DNA of 33,629 nt from Octopus bimaculoides. Lineage: Eukaryota. The number at the start of each line of letters is the position of its first letter. Position 1 is the stretch's first letter. Below are positions 1-12,092 of this stretch, piece after piece. Under the pieces are notes generated by a model, which saw nothing but the letters and a program-made list of their open reading frames with translations, was not told where the DNA came from and did not search any database. The stretch lies in NCBI RefSeq assembly GCF_001194135.2, contig NC_068995.1:32112838-32146466 (forward strand). Reading direction: 5' to 3'. The position numbers were made by a program, and so were the translations under genes.

Positions 1-778
1 CGGGAGCTGCACAAAGCCAGATTTCATGGGAGAGCTGCAATCAGAAAACCACTACTTTAAAAAACAAACGTTGCAAAGCGTTTAGAGTGGAGTAAAAACC
101 TACAGAATTGGTCCCTAGAGCAGTGGAAGAATGTTTTCTCGAGCGAGTCATCCTTTACCCTATTTCCGACCACCAACCGAGTATACGTGTGGAGACAGCC
201 AAAAGAAGCATTGATCAAGACTGCATTCTTCCAACTGTTAAACATGGAAGAGGATCTGTGATGATCTGGGTGGGGTGGGGCTATATCTTGGAAATCCGCC
301 GGCCCAATGGTTTCCCTTCATGGCAGAATTAATAGTGAAGACTATTTAAGCATTTTATCTGAACAAATTCATCCTATGGTTGCTGAACTGTTTCCGGAGG
401 GAAACACAATCTTTCAGGATGATGATACACTAATTCACACAGATAAATTTGTTACTGAATGGCACGAGGAACATTCTAGTGAAGTTGAACATCTTATCTG
501 GCTACCACAGTCCTTGGATCTCAATATTATTGAACATTTATGGTGAATTTTAGAAAAACGAGTAAGGAGTCAATATCCTCCACCATCATCACTACACGAA
601 CTGGAGACTGTTTTAACTGAAGAATGGAGAAAAATTCCATTGGAAACAATTCAAACTTTGTATGAGCCCGTACCTGGTAGAATTCAAGCTGTAATTACTG
701 CCAAAGGCGGTCCTGCCCCATATTAGAATAAATTTGTTTGAAATTTTTAGGTGTTTCCATTATTTTGTCCAGCCCCTG
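1..778 (+). mobile_element. Tc1-family DNA transposon remnant: frameshifted DD34E transposase plus 3' TIR; left part lies outside the window
   Basis: Translated pieces PTVKHGRGSVMIW, IFQDDDTLIH, WLPQSLDLNIIEHLW and TAKGGPAPY* (stop 724-726) match Tc1 motifs. Right TIR 750-778 (reverse complement CAGGGGCTGGACAAAATAATGGAAACACC) is followed by TA at 779-780. There are frameshifts and an in-frame stop. Confidence 0.93.
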
Positions 779-784
779 TATGTC

Positions 785-1075
785 TATGTAAGACGGACGC
801 TCCCCTCGAAAACGACGTATGAGCGTTCAGCTTTTGCCGAACGACCTGCACAAATGATTTGTTTCTAGTGATCAAATGTATGTGCTGTGCGTTAGCTCAC
901 TTTCACCACTGTGTACTACGCGTCAGGTGTCGAAGTGATCGCAGAGCAACGTGAGATGAAGTGTTTTGTTTAAGAACACAACACACAACCCAGTCTTGGA
1001 ATTGAAATCCCGATCTAGCGATCGTAAGTGCAACTAAGCCATCCAACCACTCGCCACTAAGCCACCCAACCTCAC
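785..1075 (-). mobile_element. tRNA-derived SINE (family C here)
   Basis: The minus strand begins with a tRNA-like A/B-box head (GGCTTAGTGG...TTCAATTCC). It shares the core CACTTCATCTCACGTT(G/A)CTCTGC(G/A)ATCACTTCGACACCTGACG with 21371-21640. Confidence 0.7.
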
Positions 1076-1510
1076 TTTGTATGTTTATATATACATATAC
1101 ACACACACATGTATATATATATANNNNNNNNNNNNNNNNNNNNNNNNNNNNNNNNNNNNNNNNNNNNNNNNNNNNNNNNNNNNNNNNNNNNNNNNNNNNN
1201 NNNNNNNNNNNNNNNNNNNNNNNNNNNNNNNNNNNNNNNNNNNNNNNNNNNNNNNNNNNNNNNNNNNNNNNNNNNNNNNNNNNNNNNNNNNNNNNNNNNN
1301 NNNNNNNNNNNNNNNNNNNNNNNNNNNNNNNNNNNNNNNNNNNNNNNNNNNNNNNNNNNNNNNNNNNNNNNNNNNNNNNNNNNNNNNNNNNNNNNNNNNN
1401 NNNNNNGTAAATATTTATTCGATACAGCTACTTCACCCCTTTTATGTTTGTCTGTCCTTGTTCGTCCCCTCTTTGTAATGCCTTTATGGCAAATATTTAT
1501 GAAATAAAGT

Positions 1511-1900
1511 AGCTTGCTTACCAACCACATGGTTCCGGGTTCAGTTCCACTGCGTGGCACCTTGGGCAAGTGTCTTCTACTATAGTCTCGGGCCGACCAA
1601 AGCCTTGTGAGTGGATTTGGTAGACGGAAACTGAAAGAAGCCCGTCGTATATATGTATATATATGTATGTGTGTGCATATGTTTGCGTGTCTGTGTTTGT
1701 CCCCAACATCGCTTAACGACCGATGCTGGTGTGTTTACGTCCCCGTAAATCTAGCGGTTCGGCAAAAGAGACCGATAGAATAAGTACTAGGCTTCCAAAG
1801 AATAAATCCTGGGGTCGATTTGCTCGACTAAAGGTGGTGCTCCAGCATGGCCACAGTCAAATGACTGAAACAAGTAAAAGAGTAAAAGAATAAAAGAGTA
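1511..1900 (+). mobile_element. tRNA-derived SINE, near full length (family A, the commonest here)
   Basis: Head AACCACATGGTTCCGGGTTCAGTTCC, core ACCTTGGGCAAGTGTCTTCTACTATAG, an internal TA/TG microsatellite, and tail CTCCAGCATGGCCACAGTCAAATGACTGAAACAAGTAAAAGA. The same blocks recur at eight or more places in the window. Confidence 0.88.
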
Positions 1901-2035
<135 letters not shown>

Positions 2036-2499
2036 CAGTTATTTTAGAAAATTCATAGTTATTTTGAAATATTTTGTCGTCGTCATAGTTGTCTGTTTTT
2101 CTTTTCTTTACCTCAACCACAAAAGATAACAGAAGGAAAATTGTGTTTTTTTTTCTCAGCACCTACTACTTCTAAATTATCTCCAACAATAAAGAACTTA
2201 CTATTGTTTCGACACACAGAACACGCACAGTGTTTATTCCAGGGATAACGAATTTGAAGAACTTCCGCTTTTTGCTCAATATTTCTCGTGAGAAATAACT
2301 TTATATTGGAGAAAATAATAATGGTTTCTTTTATTGGTTACAGGGACCTAGGACAGTAGAAGGACGAAATATATAAAAAGCGTGGTGGGAGGTAGGTATC
2401 GAGAAAGTACTACAGTACAGCCAGTTGTCGCTCTTGAACGAGTATGGCTTTGTGACGTGTACCATGCTTTCACTAATTGTTTTAGCTGCGTGTGCAGTC

Positions 2500-2650
2500 A
2501 CAAGCAATATAGGAACACTCTCGTCTGTCTCATCTTTATCTGAACACTGAGGATGTGATAACGGGAAGATGGAGGACTGCACCAGCACTCTGCTGGTGCT
2601 CATTTACAGTTGAGTAGACTGGAACTGTGTGGAATGAAGTGTCTTGTTGA
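2500..2650 (-). mobile_element. Probable SINE central-domain fragment
   Basis: The minus strand reads AAGACACTTCATTCCACACAGTTCCAGTCTACTCAACTGTAAATGAGCACC, which resembles SINE central domains. It includes a 9-bp hairpin GCACCAGCA-CTC-TGCTGGTGC at 2579-2599. Confidence 0.45.
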
Positions 2651-2947
2651 TTCCACCTAAGCCGTGCCTGTAGAATTTATTGCAAAGTAGTAATACTTCT
2701 CTGGAGCTGCTCCATGAGGGCCTTTGGAAACTGCTCGAATTTCTGGATATTTTAGCTACCCAAAAGATACTGGCCAAGAAGTCAGTCATGTTATCAAACA
2801 TTCTACCGATTAATAGTATTAAACTGAAAATTATGAACAAATCTAAATCTTTATGTCTAAGGTCACCTGGCAAACACAGATTTTGGACTTAAACCAGTTT
2901 AAATTTTTACATCGGAGTTTAACTGGACAACAGAGAAAATTTGGGCC

Positions 2948-3139
2948 TTTGTTACCCCGGTATCGCTTGACAACCGATATTGGTGTGTTTATGGCCCGTA
3001 ACTTAGACTAAGTACTAAGCTTACAGATAATAAGTCCTGAGGTCGATTTCTTCGACTAAAACTCTTTAAGGCAGTGCTCCAGCATGGCCAACATCAAATG
3101 ACTGAAACAATTTAAAGAATGAAAGAATGAAAGAATAAG
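2948..3139 (+). mobile_element. SINE family A, 3' half
   Basis: Aligns by eye with 1700-1890 (CGCTTGACAACCGAT...GCTCCAGCATGGCC...AAATGACTGAAACA) and has an (AAAGAATG) tail. Confidence 0.85.
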
Positions 3140-3191
3140 AGACTAAAAGCAGACCAGTTAACACACACACACACACACACACACGTGCACA

Positions 3192-3229
<38 letters not shown>

Positions 3230-3789
3230 NNNNNNNNNNNNNNNNNNNNNNNNNNNNNNNNNNNNNNNNNNNNNNNNNNNNNNNNNNNNNNNNNNNNNNN
3301 NNNNNNNNNNNNNNNNNNNNNNNNNNNNNNNNNNNNNNNNNNNNNNNNNNNNNNNNNNNNNNNNNNNNNNNNNNNNNNNNNNNNNNNNNNNNNNNNNNNN
3401 NNNNNNNNNNNNNNNNNNNNNNNNNNNNNNNNNNNNNNNNNNNNNNNNNNNNNNNNNNNNNNNNNNNNNNNNNNNNNNNNNNNNNNNNNNNNNNNNNNNN
3501 NNNNNNNNNNNNNNNNNNNNNNNNNNNNNNNNNNNNNNNNNNNNNNNNNNAAAAAAAAAAAAAAAAGAAAAAACAGGATTTGGAAGGCGGGATTTTGTGT
3601 GTGATAGTTTTCTATGACAACATTAAACAAAACTGAAGTTTTATTTTATTTTATGCTATTTATTTATTGTGTCCAGTAGTTTTTTCCCCGTATAGAGGTG
3701 GTGCGGTGATAACAGAAATATATAACTGACATGAATATATAACTATTTGAACAATACTTATTTTAGGGAACCCCTATACCCTCTCCAAT

Positions 3790-3910
3790 CCCAGAAGGTT
3801 GAGTGGTGAAGGCGACCTCGGCAGGATGTGAACTCGGGAACGTATTCGGATATAAGTATGTACCACGTGACACCTTGTCGGGCATTGTACCGATTTTTGC
3901 CATCAACGCC
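3790..3910 (-). mobile_element. Degraded SINE family B copy
   Basis: GCGACCTCGGCAGGATGTGAACTC is the approximate reverse complement of GAGTTCAAATTCCGCCGAGGTCGAC at about 22059-22083. Confidence 0.5.
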
Positions 3911-4198
3911 CAAAACGAAAAAAAAAACGTCATTCTAGAATGAATGCCGTTGAACGGAGAGACGGTAAAGGAAAGAGTTACCATTATTATAACATGGAAT
4001 GGGTGGAAGACAACAATTGTGAAATCAATAATATAGCCACACAAATACACACATACACACACATACACACACACTAATCTGTCATACTTCTCACTTTACG
4101 TTTTCATACATTTATACACACACATTCTCTCTCTTCCTCTTTTCCACCCTCCCTCTCCTTCCTCTCTCCCTCTCTTTCCTTCTGTGTGTGTGTGTGTC

Positions 4199-4230
<32 letters not shown>

Positions 4231-4316
4231 CTATTGTATTTCTTTACAGGAATCTAGGAATAAAAATTAAAAAGACAGGTAACAAGCATGAATATATACG
4301 TGTATGTATGCTTAAT

Positions 4317-4356
<40 letters not shown>

Positions 4357-4980
4357 GCATACACACACGAATACAGACAGGCATGTGGTTGTTTTTTCGC
4401 ACAGCCATATAAAGAGACGCTTTTCCTCCTCCTCCTCCTCCTCCTCTACCACCATCACCACTTTCACACATAAGTTTTGAAGAATAAAAAAGACAAGCTA
4501 ACAAAATAAATAAACAAGAAACAAAATATTCTAACATCATAAATACTTTGAAAAGTGAAGAAACAGGCAGACATGATATACACTATGAGGACGAGAAGAA
4601 GAGAAAAGAAACATAAAAATTAGCAGAAATTGACAAAATAAATGGCTTCTATATCTTGTTGCACTCTCTCTCATTCTCACTCTCTCTCTGTCTCTCTTTT
4701 TCTCTCTTTCTCTGTCTCTCCCTCTTTTTCTCTCTCTCTCCCTCTCTCTCTCCCGCTCTTCCTCAGTCACTCTCTCTCTCTCTCTTTTTCTCTCTCTTTG
4801 TACCTATCTATCTCTATCTCTTTCACTCACTATTAATTTCTGTCATTTTCTCTCTGTCTAACTTGCTGGTTCTAGCATATGACTTTCTTTGTACACAAAA
4901 TTACGTTGTTGATGTTTAATATGTATATAGTGAGAGAGGGAGAGAGAGAGAGAGAGAGGGGGGGGGGGAGAAATCTATAG

Positions 4981-5254
4981 TTACACTATCCAGATTACAA
5001 GTTCAGGTTTCTACCTGTAATTATTGGGGCACTGGAATATGTAACAAACTGCCTAAATACCAATCTTGAGAAATTAGGCTTCTCAAAACGAGAAAGGAGA
5101 AAGCTAATTCGAAGACTACAGATCCGCTCCATCAATGGAGTTGTAAAAATCTGTAAAACTTTCCAGAAGTTTATTACTTAAATATATATATGAGCATGTC
5201 TAGATATGCAACTATATGCATGAGAATACATACATAAAACAAAACATACAAATC
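4981..5254 (+). mobile_element. 3' end of an R4/Dong-like non-LTR retrotransposon (restriction-like endonuclease class), 5'-truncated
   Basis: 4981-5181 translates without stops to LHYPDYKFRFLPVIIGALEYVTNCLNTNLEKLGFSKRERRKLIRRLQIRSINGVVKICKTFQKFIT*. This matches the PxxIGALG...LQ...G..KI C-terminus of R4/Dong-type ORFs. A short 3' UTR runs into (TACA)n. Absent from the ORF track because it has no ATG. Confidence 0.72.
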
Positions 5255-5278
5255 TACATACATACATACATACATACA

Positions 5279-5314
<36 letters not shown>

Positions 5315-6179
5315 GAGAGAGAGAGAAAGAGGGAGGAAGAGACAAGGAGGAACAGAGAGAGAGAGAGAAAGAAAGAGAGAGAGAAAAACCACCCACCCAC
5401 AGCTAGTACTGTCGTATATTCAATACTAAGTGATTATTTAATTACTCTCCATAGAAGCCACCCTGCCTCTATAAACTCATTACCAACAAACAACATGGCT
5501 GAAAGAAAACATCCCAAGAGTGTAAGAAACTATACTAAATACAGATAGGGCAAAATTTCAGCAACCCNNNNNNNNNNNNNNNNNNNNNNNNNNNNNNNNN
5601 NNNNNNNNNNNNNNNNNNNNNNNNNNNNNNNNNNNNNNNNNNNNNNNNNNNNNNNNNNNNNNNNNNNNNNNNNNNNNNNNNNNNNNNNNNNNNNNNNNNN
5701 NNNNNNNNNNNNNNNNNNNNNNNNNNNNNNNNNNNNNNNNNNNNNNNNNNNNNNNNNNNNNNNNNNNNNNNNNNNNNNNNNNNNNNNNNNNNNNNNNNNN
5801 NNNNNNNNNNNNNNNNNNNNNNNNNNNNNNNNNNNNNNNNNNNNNNNNNNNNNNNNNNNNNNNNNNNNNNNNNNNNNNNNNNNNNNNNNNNNNNNNNNNN
5901 NNNNNNNNNNNNNNNNNNNNNNNNNNNNNNNNNNNNNNNNNNNNNNNNNNNNNNNNNNNNNNNNNNNNNNNNNNNNNNNNNNNNNNNNNNNNNNNNNNNN
6001 NNNNNNNNNNNNNNNNNNNNNNNNNNNNNNNNNNNNNNNNNNNNNNNNNNNNNNNNNNNNNNNNNNNNNNNNNNNNNNNNNNNNNNNNNNNNNNNNNNNN
6101 NNNNNNNNNNNNNNNNNNNNNNNNNNNNNNNNNNNNNNNNNNNNNNNNNNNNNNNNNNNNNNNNNNNNNNNNNNNNNNN

Positions 6180-6530
6180 ATTACATTACATTGCATTACA
6201 TGTCGCGTAGTCTGGCTGACCGTCGGGACACCACTGACGACTTTGCGACCAGATCCCTCCAGCCGTCTCTGTCTTCTGTCTCTCACACTGCGTCCCTCGT
6301 CTTTAGGTTTGTCCACTCACAGATATTGTTTTCCCAACTCTTCCTCTGTCTGCCTCTGCGTCTGCTGCCTCTTGACTATTCCCTGAAGGATTGTTTTGGT
6401 TATTCCTGATGAGCAGGTGACATACCCATACCACCTGAGCTTGCGTTTCTTTACCGTGGTAAGAAGTTCCTCATTGGGCCCTATTGCCTGCCCCATTCTT
6501 CTTTTCACTTCATCATTTGTTACACGGTGT
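6180..6530 (-). mobile_element. RTE-clade LINE 3' end
   Basis: HRVTNDEVKRRMGQAIGPNEELLTTVKKRKLRWYGYVTCSSGITKTILQGIV matches the RTE C-terminal LRWxGHV...ILQG.V...GR motif. It ends in a (TGTAA)-like tandem tail at the gap. Confidence 0.88.
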
Positions 6531-7324
6531 AACAAGGTTTGTATCTATTTATTTATTTATTTATTTATATTTTTGTCTTTGCTCAGTACGTGTTATTTCC
6601 TATTTGCTTCTATCTAGAAATCAAAGCAAATGACTACTATTCGCTTCAAACTTTGCTTTTGTGACCGGGACATCAATGTTTTGAAACTGACCTGTTTTTC
6701 ATTACATTTCAGACACATTCAGCACTGAGCTGCTGAAGCAGAAATACCGTTATAGCAAATATTCTGCTTAATACCACAGATTTGCTTGTCATGCTACTTA
6801 AGTATGTTCCTTAAAAGCTAACAACATATGCATCTCTGATCATGAGCAGGAGTAGTGCGGGAGCATCATAGCCATGTAACGAAATGGATTCTTTGGGGTT
6901 TGAATATAAATAACAAAAACAATGATTGAAGGAAATATTAGCCATTTTTCATACTTTCTAATGAAAGAACAGTTGTTACTCAAGAACAAAAATGTGTTAC
7001 ACAGTGTTATAGTACTAAGCAATCTTGAAGACTCTGGATGAGTGCTGCTTATATTTAGGGCACGGTGTTGTGGAGTCTTCATGATATGAGTTGTGTTTGA
7101 GATTTTTTTTGTTGTTAAAAGAAACAAAGCTGACATGGCCTCACTGAAGGATTCATATAAGGTCTCCGTTAATGGAATTGGTGCTGGTTTGTTGAGTGGT
7201 ATCTATGTTACGTGTAGCTGATGCATGATTAGGGAAAGTTAGAGTGGAAAGATGGGTTGTGTCATCTGTTTGTCGAAGAGTACGCGTTGTTGGATGTGGA
7301 GGTGTGTAGGTCATTGATCTAGAA

Positions 7325-7562
7325 CAGTGTTTCTCAACCATTTTTTTTACCTATCGACCCCTTTGTTCCCTATTTTATCCTGGTGGACCTCCCATTGCCA
7401 TTTGACGTTTAAAAGATCCTATGATTTTTTTATAATTAAATATTATTAGAAATAATATAAACAAAATTAAGATATTTTTTTATATTGTAGAAATATAACC
7501 GATTTATTGCTCATAAATTTTCACAACAAAATCTTATATGAACCCCGGTTGAAAAATCACAG
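7325..7562. mobile_element. hAT (Charlie-type) MITE, 238 bp
   Basis: TIRs CAGTGTTTCTCAACC (7325-7339) and GGTTGAAAAATCACAG (7547-7562). Perfect 8-bp TSD ATCTAGAA at 7317-7324 and 7563-7570, matching the NTCTAGAN target of hAT-Charlie. Confidence 0.9.
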
Positions 7563-7957
7563 ATCTAGAAGGAAGTGTGTTGGAAATGGAACAAAACCCC
7601 GGAGAACACCAGAATTGATTGAGAGTGGGAAAGAAAGATCTCAGTCAACATTTGCCACAAATGTTCGATCTGAGAGGAAGCTACCGATCGAAGAGAAGAA
7701 TGATGGATGCTATACTCAGTTGAAGGCTTTGCTGGTGCATAGAGTAACAAACATTGCTTTCGCCGAGCTTCACTGAAGCGAATGCCTACTGGTGAGTAAC
7801 CAGTTGCTTTCCAGTGAATCTGGCTCTACGGAAGCCACACTGGTAGTCACTGAGGAGATGTCAGAAATGAGAGCGATGGAATGATAGTTGTTAGGTTGGA
7901 GGGGTTGTTTTCCTTTGGAATGGTACGCACTGAGACGTGCTTCTAAATGAATGAGTA

Positions 7958-8573
7958 TATCCTTGGCAGCAGAAGTGTTTCACTCCTGACACTTCCGAAA
8001 CAGGTAGATGGGTAACTGAAACCGTACAGTTAGGCATCTCCCTTCACATTTCCCTCTTAACCAAAACCCACTGTTTCAAGTTCCCCAACTGGTCTACTTG
8101 TAGTTGCGCTGCAGCTGTTCGGGCAGAAAAAAAAAACGTACAAGTGAAAGCTTAAAAACTTCAGTGAATATAGGAGCGAGTTCTGGATCAACACTTGAGA
8201 GTAAAAGAATTTTAGGATTAGGGGCCTGGTTTGTTTGAAGTGGCTGAAAGTATTTCTGCCCTTGCTGTGTGTGTAAGTGGAGTTTGGAGTTTATTTGCGT
8301 GGAAAGGGAAATTATTGGCGGCGATTGACCAAGGGTGAGCAGTGAGGAGTTAGATGCAAAGTGGGTAGCAAAGCCGGGGGCTCATCCAATTTTAGGTAGT
8401 GGGTGAGATTCTCTAGGTGTTGTAGGTTTTTTTCTGCCCCAACACCTGCAGCGCAACTACAAGTAGACCAATTGGGGTTTAGTTAAGAGAGAGATGCCTA
8501 AATGTACGGTTTCAGTTACCCATCTACCTGTTTCGGAAGTGTCTGGAGCGAAACACTTCTGCTGCCAAGGATA
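7958..8573. repeat. Inverted repeat: arms 7958-8143 and 8420-8573, spacer about 276 bp
   Basis: TATCCTTGGCAGCAGAAGTGTTTC...GCGCTGCAG on the left is mirrored by CTGCAGCGC...GAAACACTTCTGCTGCCAAGGATA on the right. Confidence 0.93.
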
Positions 8574-9090
8574 AGAGGCATAAAACTAGTGGAGCTCCAA
8601 CCGGTCAGCTGACATAGAGACTGAGGGGATGGGGATGCTGTCTGCTATGTGTTTGTGAGTTGAACAGTTGTGATGAGGCAATGTTCAAATGACTCAGTAG
8701 GTGTAGAGACAGTTACGGTTTGGTAGAGGTTCGATTTAAAGGTGTGAAGTAGATCAGTTTCCATCTGCCCTTTTAAGATGGGTAGGAGCTGCGACATCGT
8801 TGCTAGAAATAGCAACCACATCTCTCACAAATCACATCTCACTATCTGAACACAAGAAAGACAAGTGAAATATTGGGGTGGTAGGTGCATACTGCCTGAA
8901 GAAAATACAGTATGGTTCTGGATTTATCATAAGCCTGTTCAGTAAGGATTGACAGGACTTAAACAACAGCAACAAAAACAATAGAATTATGTGATCATAG
9001 AAATGGTTTATTGAACCACCAAAATTATGTATGTGTATGCATCTCTCTATTTATCTGTCTGTTTGTCAGTTGTCAGTCTACCTGTATGTA

Positions 9091-9131
<41 letters not shown>

Positions 9132-9489
9132 NNNNNNNNNNNNNNNNNNNNNNNNNNNNNNNNNNNNNNNNNNNNNNNNNNNNNNNNNNNNNNNNNNNNN
9201 NNNNNNNNNNNNNNNNNNNNNNNNNNNNNNNNNNNNNNNNNNNNNNNNNNNNNNNNNNNNNNNNNNNNNNNNNNNNNNNNNNNNNNNNNNNNNNNNNNNN
9301 NNNNNNNNNNNNNNNNNNNNNNNNNNNNNNNNNNNNNNNNNNNNNNNNNNNNNNNNNNNNNNNNNNNNNNNNNNNNNNNNNNNNNNNNNNNNNNNNNNNN
9401 NNNNNNNNNNNNNNNNNNNNNNNNNNNNNNNNNNNNNNNNNNNNNNNNNNNNNNNNNNNNNNNNNNNNNNNNNNNNNNNNNNNNNNNNN

Positions 9490-9553
<64 letters not shown>

Positions 9554-9869
9554 TCATGGTGATTGCTTCATCTTTCAGCCAAGACGTCTCAGATGACTAT
9601 TCAGGTCCTTTGTAGATCTGCATGGTTTGAAGCAGAGGTGGTTGGCGAAAATTGTAATTTTCTGTGCACTTCCAACTAATTAAATCTACACACATCGCCA
9701 CTCTCCCATCGCCTTAAGACTTTCAGTAATTAGAATGACAAATGAGGTCACCATAAAGAGACATTTGTGTATCATTGGATTATAGTGATTAATGTTTGTA
9801 CATCACGAGAACCACTCTTAGAGTCTCCGAAGCAAGATGACCAGTAATCACGTGAGACCGCAGGTTTTA

Positions 9870-10060
9870 CATCAGAGTTCCTGTCTCCTAAGAGAATGCT
9901 GTGACAACAGCGAGAGGTCTCTCACTCCCAGTTGTTTTACTGCATGCCCTCTAAAACTATCCATGGGTATTTCTGCGTCCCAACGTTCAGATGGAATGCC
10001 ATCACATATGCTAGTTAACCCAAAGTTAGAATCCTGACAGATGCTACCACTCCCTAGCAC
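9870..10060 (-). mobile_element. Possible decayed RTE-type LINE C-terminal fragment
   Basis: GRRNT / MDSFRGHAVKQLGVRDLSLLSQHSLRRQEL loosely resembles the RTE tail GRPRxTW.D....K.LG......AQDR..W. Weak. Confidence 0.35.
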
Positions 10061-10329
10061 CTGTCAGTAGACTTGGGAACAATTAATAACTAAGAGGGGG
10101 TTCCACACTCCTCAAAACTCTGGGGCACTTGAATCAGAATCCCACTGCAAGATGCAGTTTAAATTCATACACAGGACACTCATTCTGTCTCTCACACACA
10201 CACAGATGCACGCACGCACACGCACTCACAAACACATACATACATACATACATACATACATACATACATACATACATACATACATGCATGCATGCATGCA
10301 TACACTTATAAGAAATAATTTTATATTTG

Positions 10330-11880
10330 GATATACACCTAGTAGTAAGCTATTTAAAGCTTGTTCACAGTATTTAGCTACCTAATGTTAACAACAGTAT
10401 GGAGCTATATACGTCATTGGCAAAGAGGAGATCTCTGATGAAGGTTTTGGTTTTTGCTCTGAGGTGTGCAAGATTGAAAAGAGACCAATCAGTTCTCCAG
10501 GAGATATCTTCAGGAGATTCCTTGACGGCAAAGAAGATGCTGAAAAGAGTCAGTATCAGAACAACCCTGTTTAACTCCGCTTCTGATGCCAAAGCTGTCT
10601 GATGTGGGACCATTGAACTGGACGGTGACTTTCATACCTTTACGAAAGGACATGGTGAGTTGCAGAAGAGTTGGTGGACATCAAATCTTGTGAAGAACCA
10701 TGTACAATCCTGATCTACTGACTGTATCAAACGCCTTAGGCCTACAAATGCCATATGTAGGGATGGACTTTGTTCGTGACACTTTTCTTGGAGCTGTCGA
10801 AGAGAAAATACCATGTCCATCGTTGAGCATCATAATCAGAAATCCCACTGACTTTCTGGAAGAATTCTCTCCGTTAAATTCTGCAGGTGCTTCAACAGTA
10901 TTCGGGCAAATGTTTTTCTTGTAATAATCATCAATGAAATACCTGTTTAGTTGTTGCAATCTTCCTTGTCTTCTTTGTTCTTATACAGAGTCACTATGTC
11001 CGCACCTTTCATGCCTTGTGGCACCCCTCAATGCTTCCAACAGAGAATCAAGAGCGTGTACATATGAGAAAGGACGGTGTCCTTGTTTTCTTTCAGGATT
11101 TCATCTGGTATATAGTAATTTCTGAGAGACTTTCAACTTGCGAGCTCATCAATGGCTTTCGCCAGTTCCCCCTAAGTGGGTTCTTTGTCAAGTTCTGTTA
11201 TCTCTGGAAATTGCGGAATTACTTCTTGTAGGCTTTCATCCGCTGATCGGGCTTGTGAGTAGAGGTATGAGTAATCTTCAAACCATCTCTCCTGCTAGTG
11301 CTTATCTGTGATCTGCACCCTTGATAAGGATTTTAGCGGTACTACTTTGTTGATCTCTGGTCCAAAAGCAATTCGGATCTTTTCATACATCCTTCTTATG
11401 CCACTGTTATGTCTCAAGCTACTGCTATCTAGCACCTTCGGATGATCGCTACTCAACCGCTACACAACTGCTACTCGACTGCTACACAACACACCTACCA
11501 CGGCCANNNNNNNNNNACTGCTACTCGACTGCTACACAACACACCTACCACGGCCAGACTACCTTTATTTATATGTCTTGGGAGATCCTACTTCTTCTCC
11601 TGGGGGCGTCGACACAACAGTCACCAACGTCAGAAGCCCTCTGAATGTCTGCACAATGATTTTCCCAATAGGTGTTAGCACATCTCCGTGGAGTGTCGAT
11701 CTTGCGGTTTGCAGGTTCTTCAAGGTGCAATCTGATGGGATCTTATTGTATGCCAGTAGAACAGCCCGTTTTTTCTCGATCAGTGGCATTAGTGTTGATG
11801 CGTTGGTCTCAATCCAATCTGTTCGAGATTCTTTGATGTCATCGACATCATGAAGCTTCATGCCACAGGATTCACTTCAG
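10330..11880 (-). mobile_element. RTE-BovB-type LINE ORF remnant
   Basis: DMVFSLRQLQEKCHEQ, KAFDTVSRSGLYMVLHKI, TLFSIFF, SLFNLAHLRAKTK..IRDLLFAND (the YADD position) and DWIETNASTLMPLIEKKR are characteristic of RTE-BovB. Frameshifted. Confidence 0.92.
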
Positions 11881-11997
11881 GAATACCTTTGTATCCGTAG
11901 AGTTTATAAAACTATGAAAGAGCGAAAATGAAATTCACGAGACTCTTTATACATACATACATACATACATACATACATACATACATACATACATACA

Positions 11998-12092
11998 AAA
12001 ATACCCTGTTGTTGATTTTGAAATTCCAATGAAGGAGCCTTGGATCTAGGTTAGAAACCAGTTCTTTCTCTATTGAAATAAACTGAATAATG
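11998..12092 (+). mobile_element. About 95-bp unique segment embedded in (TACA)n; probable extreme 3' end of a microsatellite-associated retroelement
   Basis: Flanked on both sides by (TACA)n (11950-11997 and 12093-12125) and has AATAAA near its 3' end. The link to the R4/Dong-like element is inference. Confidence 0.45.

Larger units (their letters stand above)
6800..8760 (-). mobile_element. Decayed CR1/L2-type LINE ORF2 (endonuclease end, linker, RT), interrupted by a hAT MITE and an inverted duplication
   Basis: Minus-strand pieces in the expected order: YPWQQKCF (about 8570), DPELAPIFTEVFKLS (about 8150-8190), S*KHVSVRTIPK..PNNYHSIALIS (7860-7950), HLLSDYQCGFRRAR (7820-7860), SKAFN*V*HPS, SINSGV..., INDL. 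Many frameshifts. Confidence 0.8.

Noticed and set aside
2604-2892. Overlapping 70-90 aa ORFs on both strands
   Set aside because: No recognisable motif or convincing splice signals; the length is expected by chance.
11467-11556. Exact 40-bp direct repeat either side of a 10-N gap (11467-11506 and 11517-11556)
   Set aside because: Identical copies flanking a minimal gap indicate an unmerged contig overlap, i.e. an assembly artefact.
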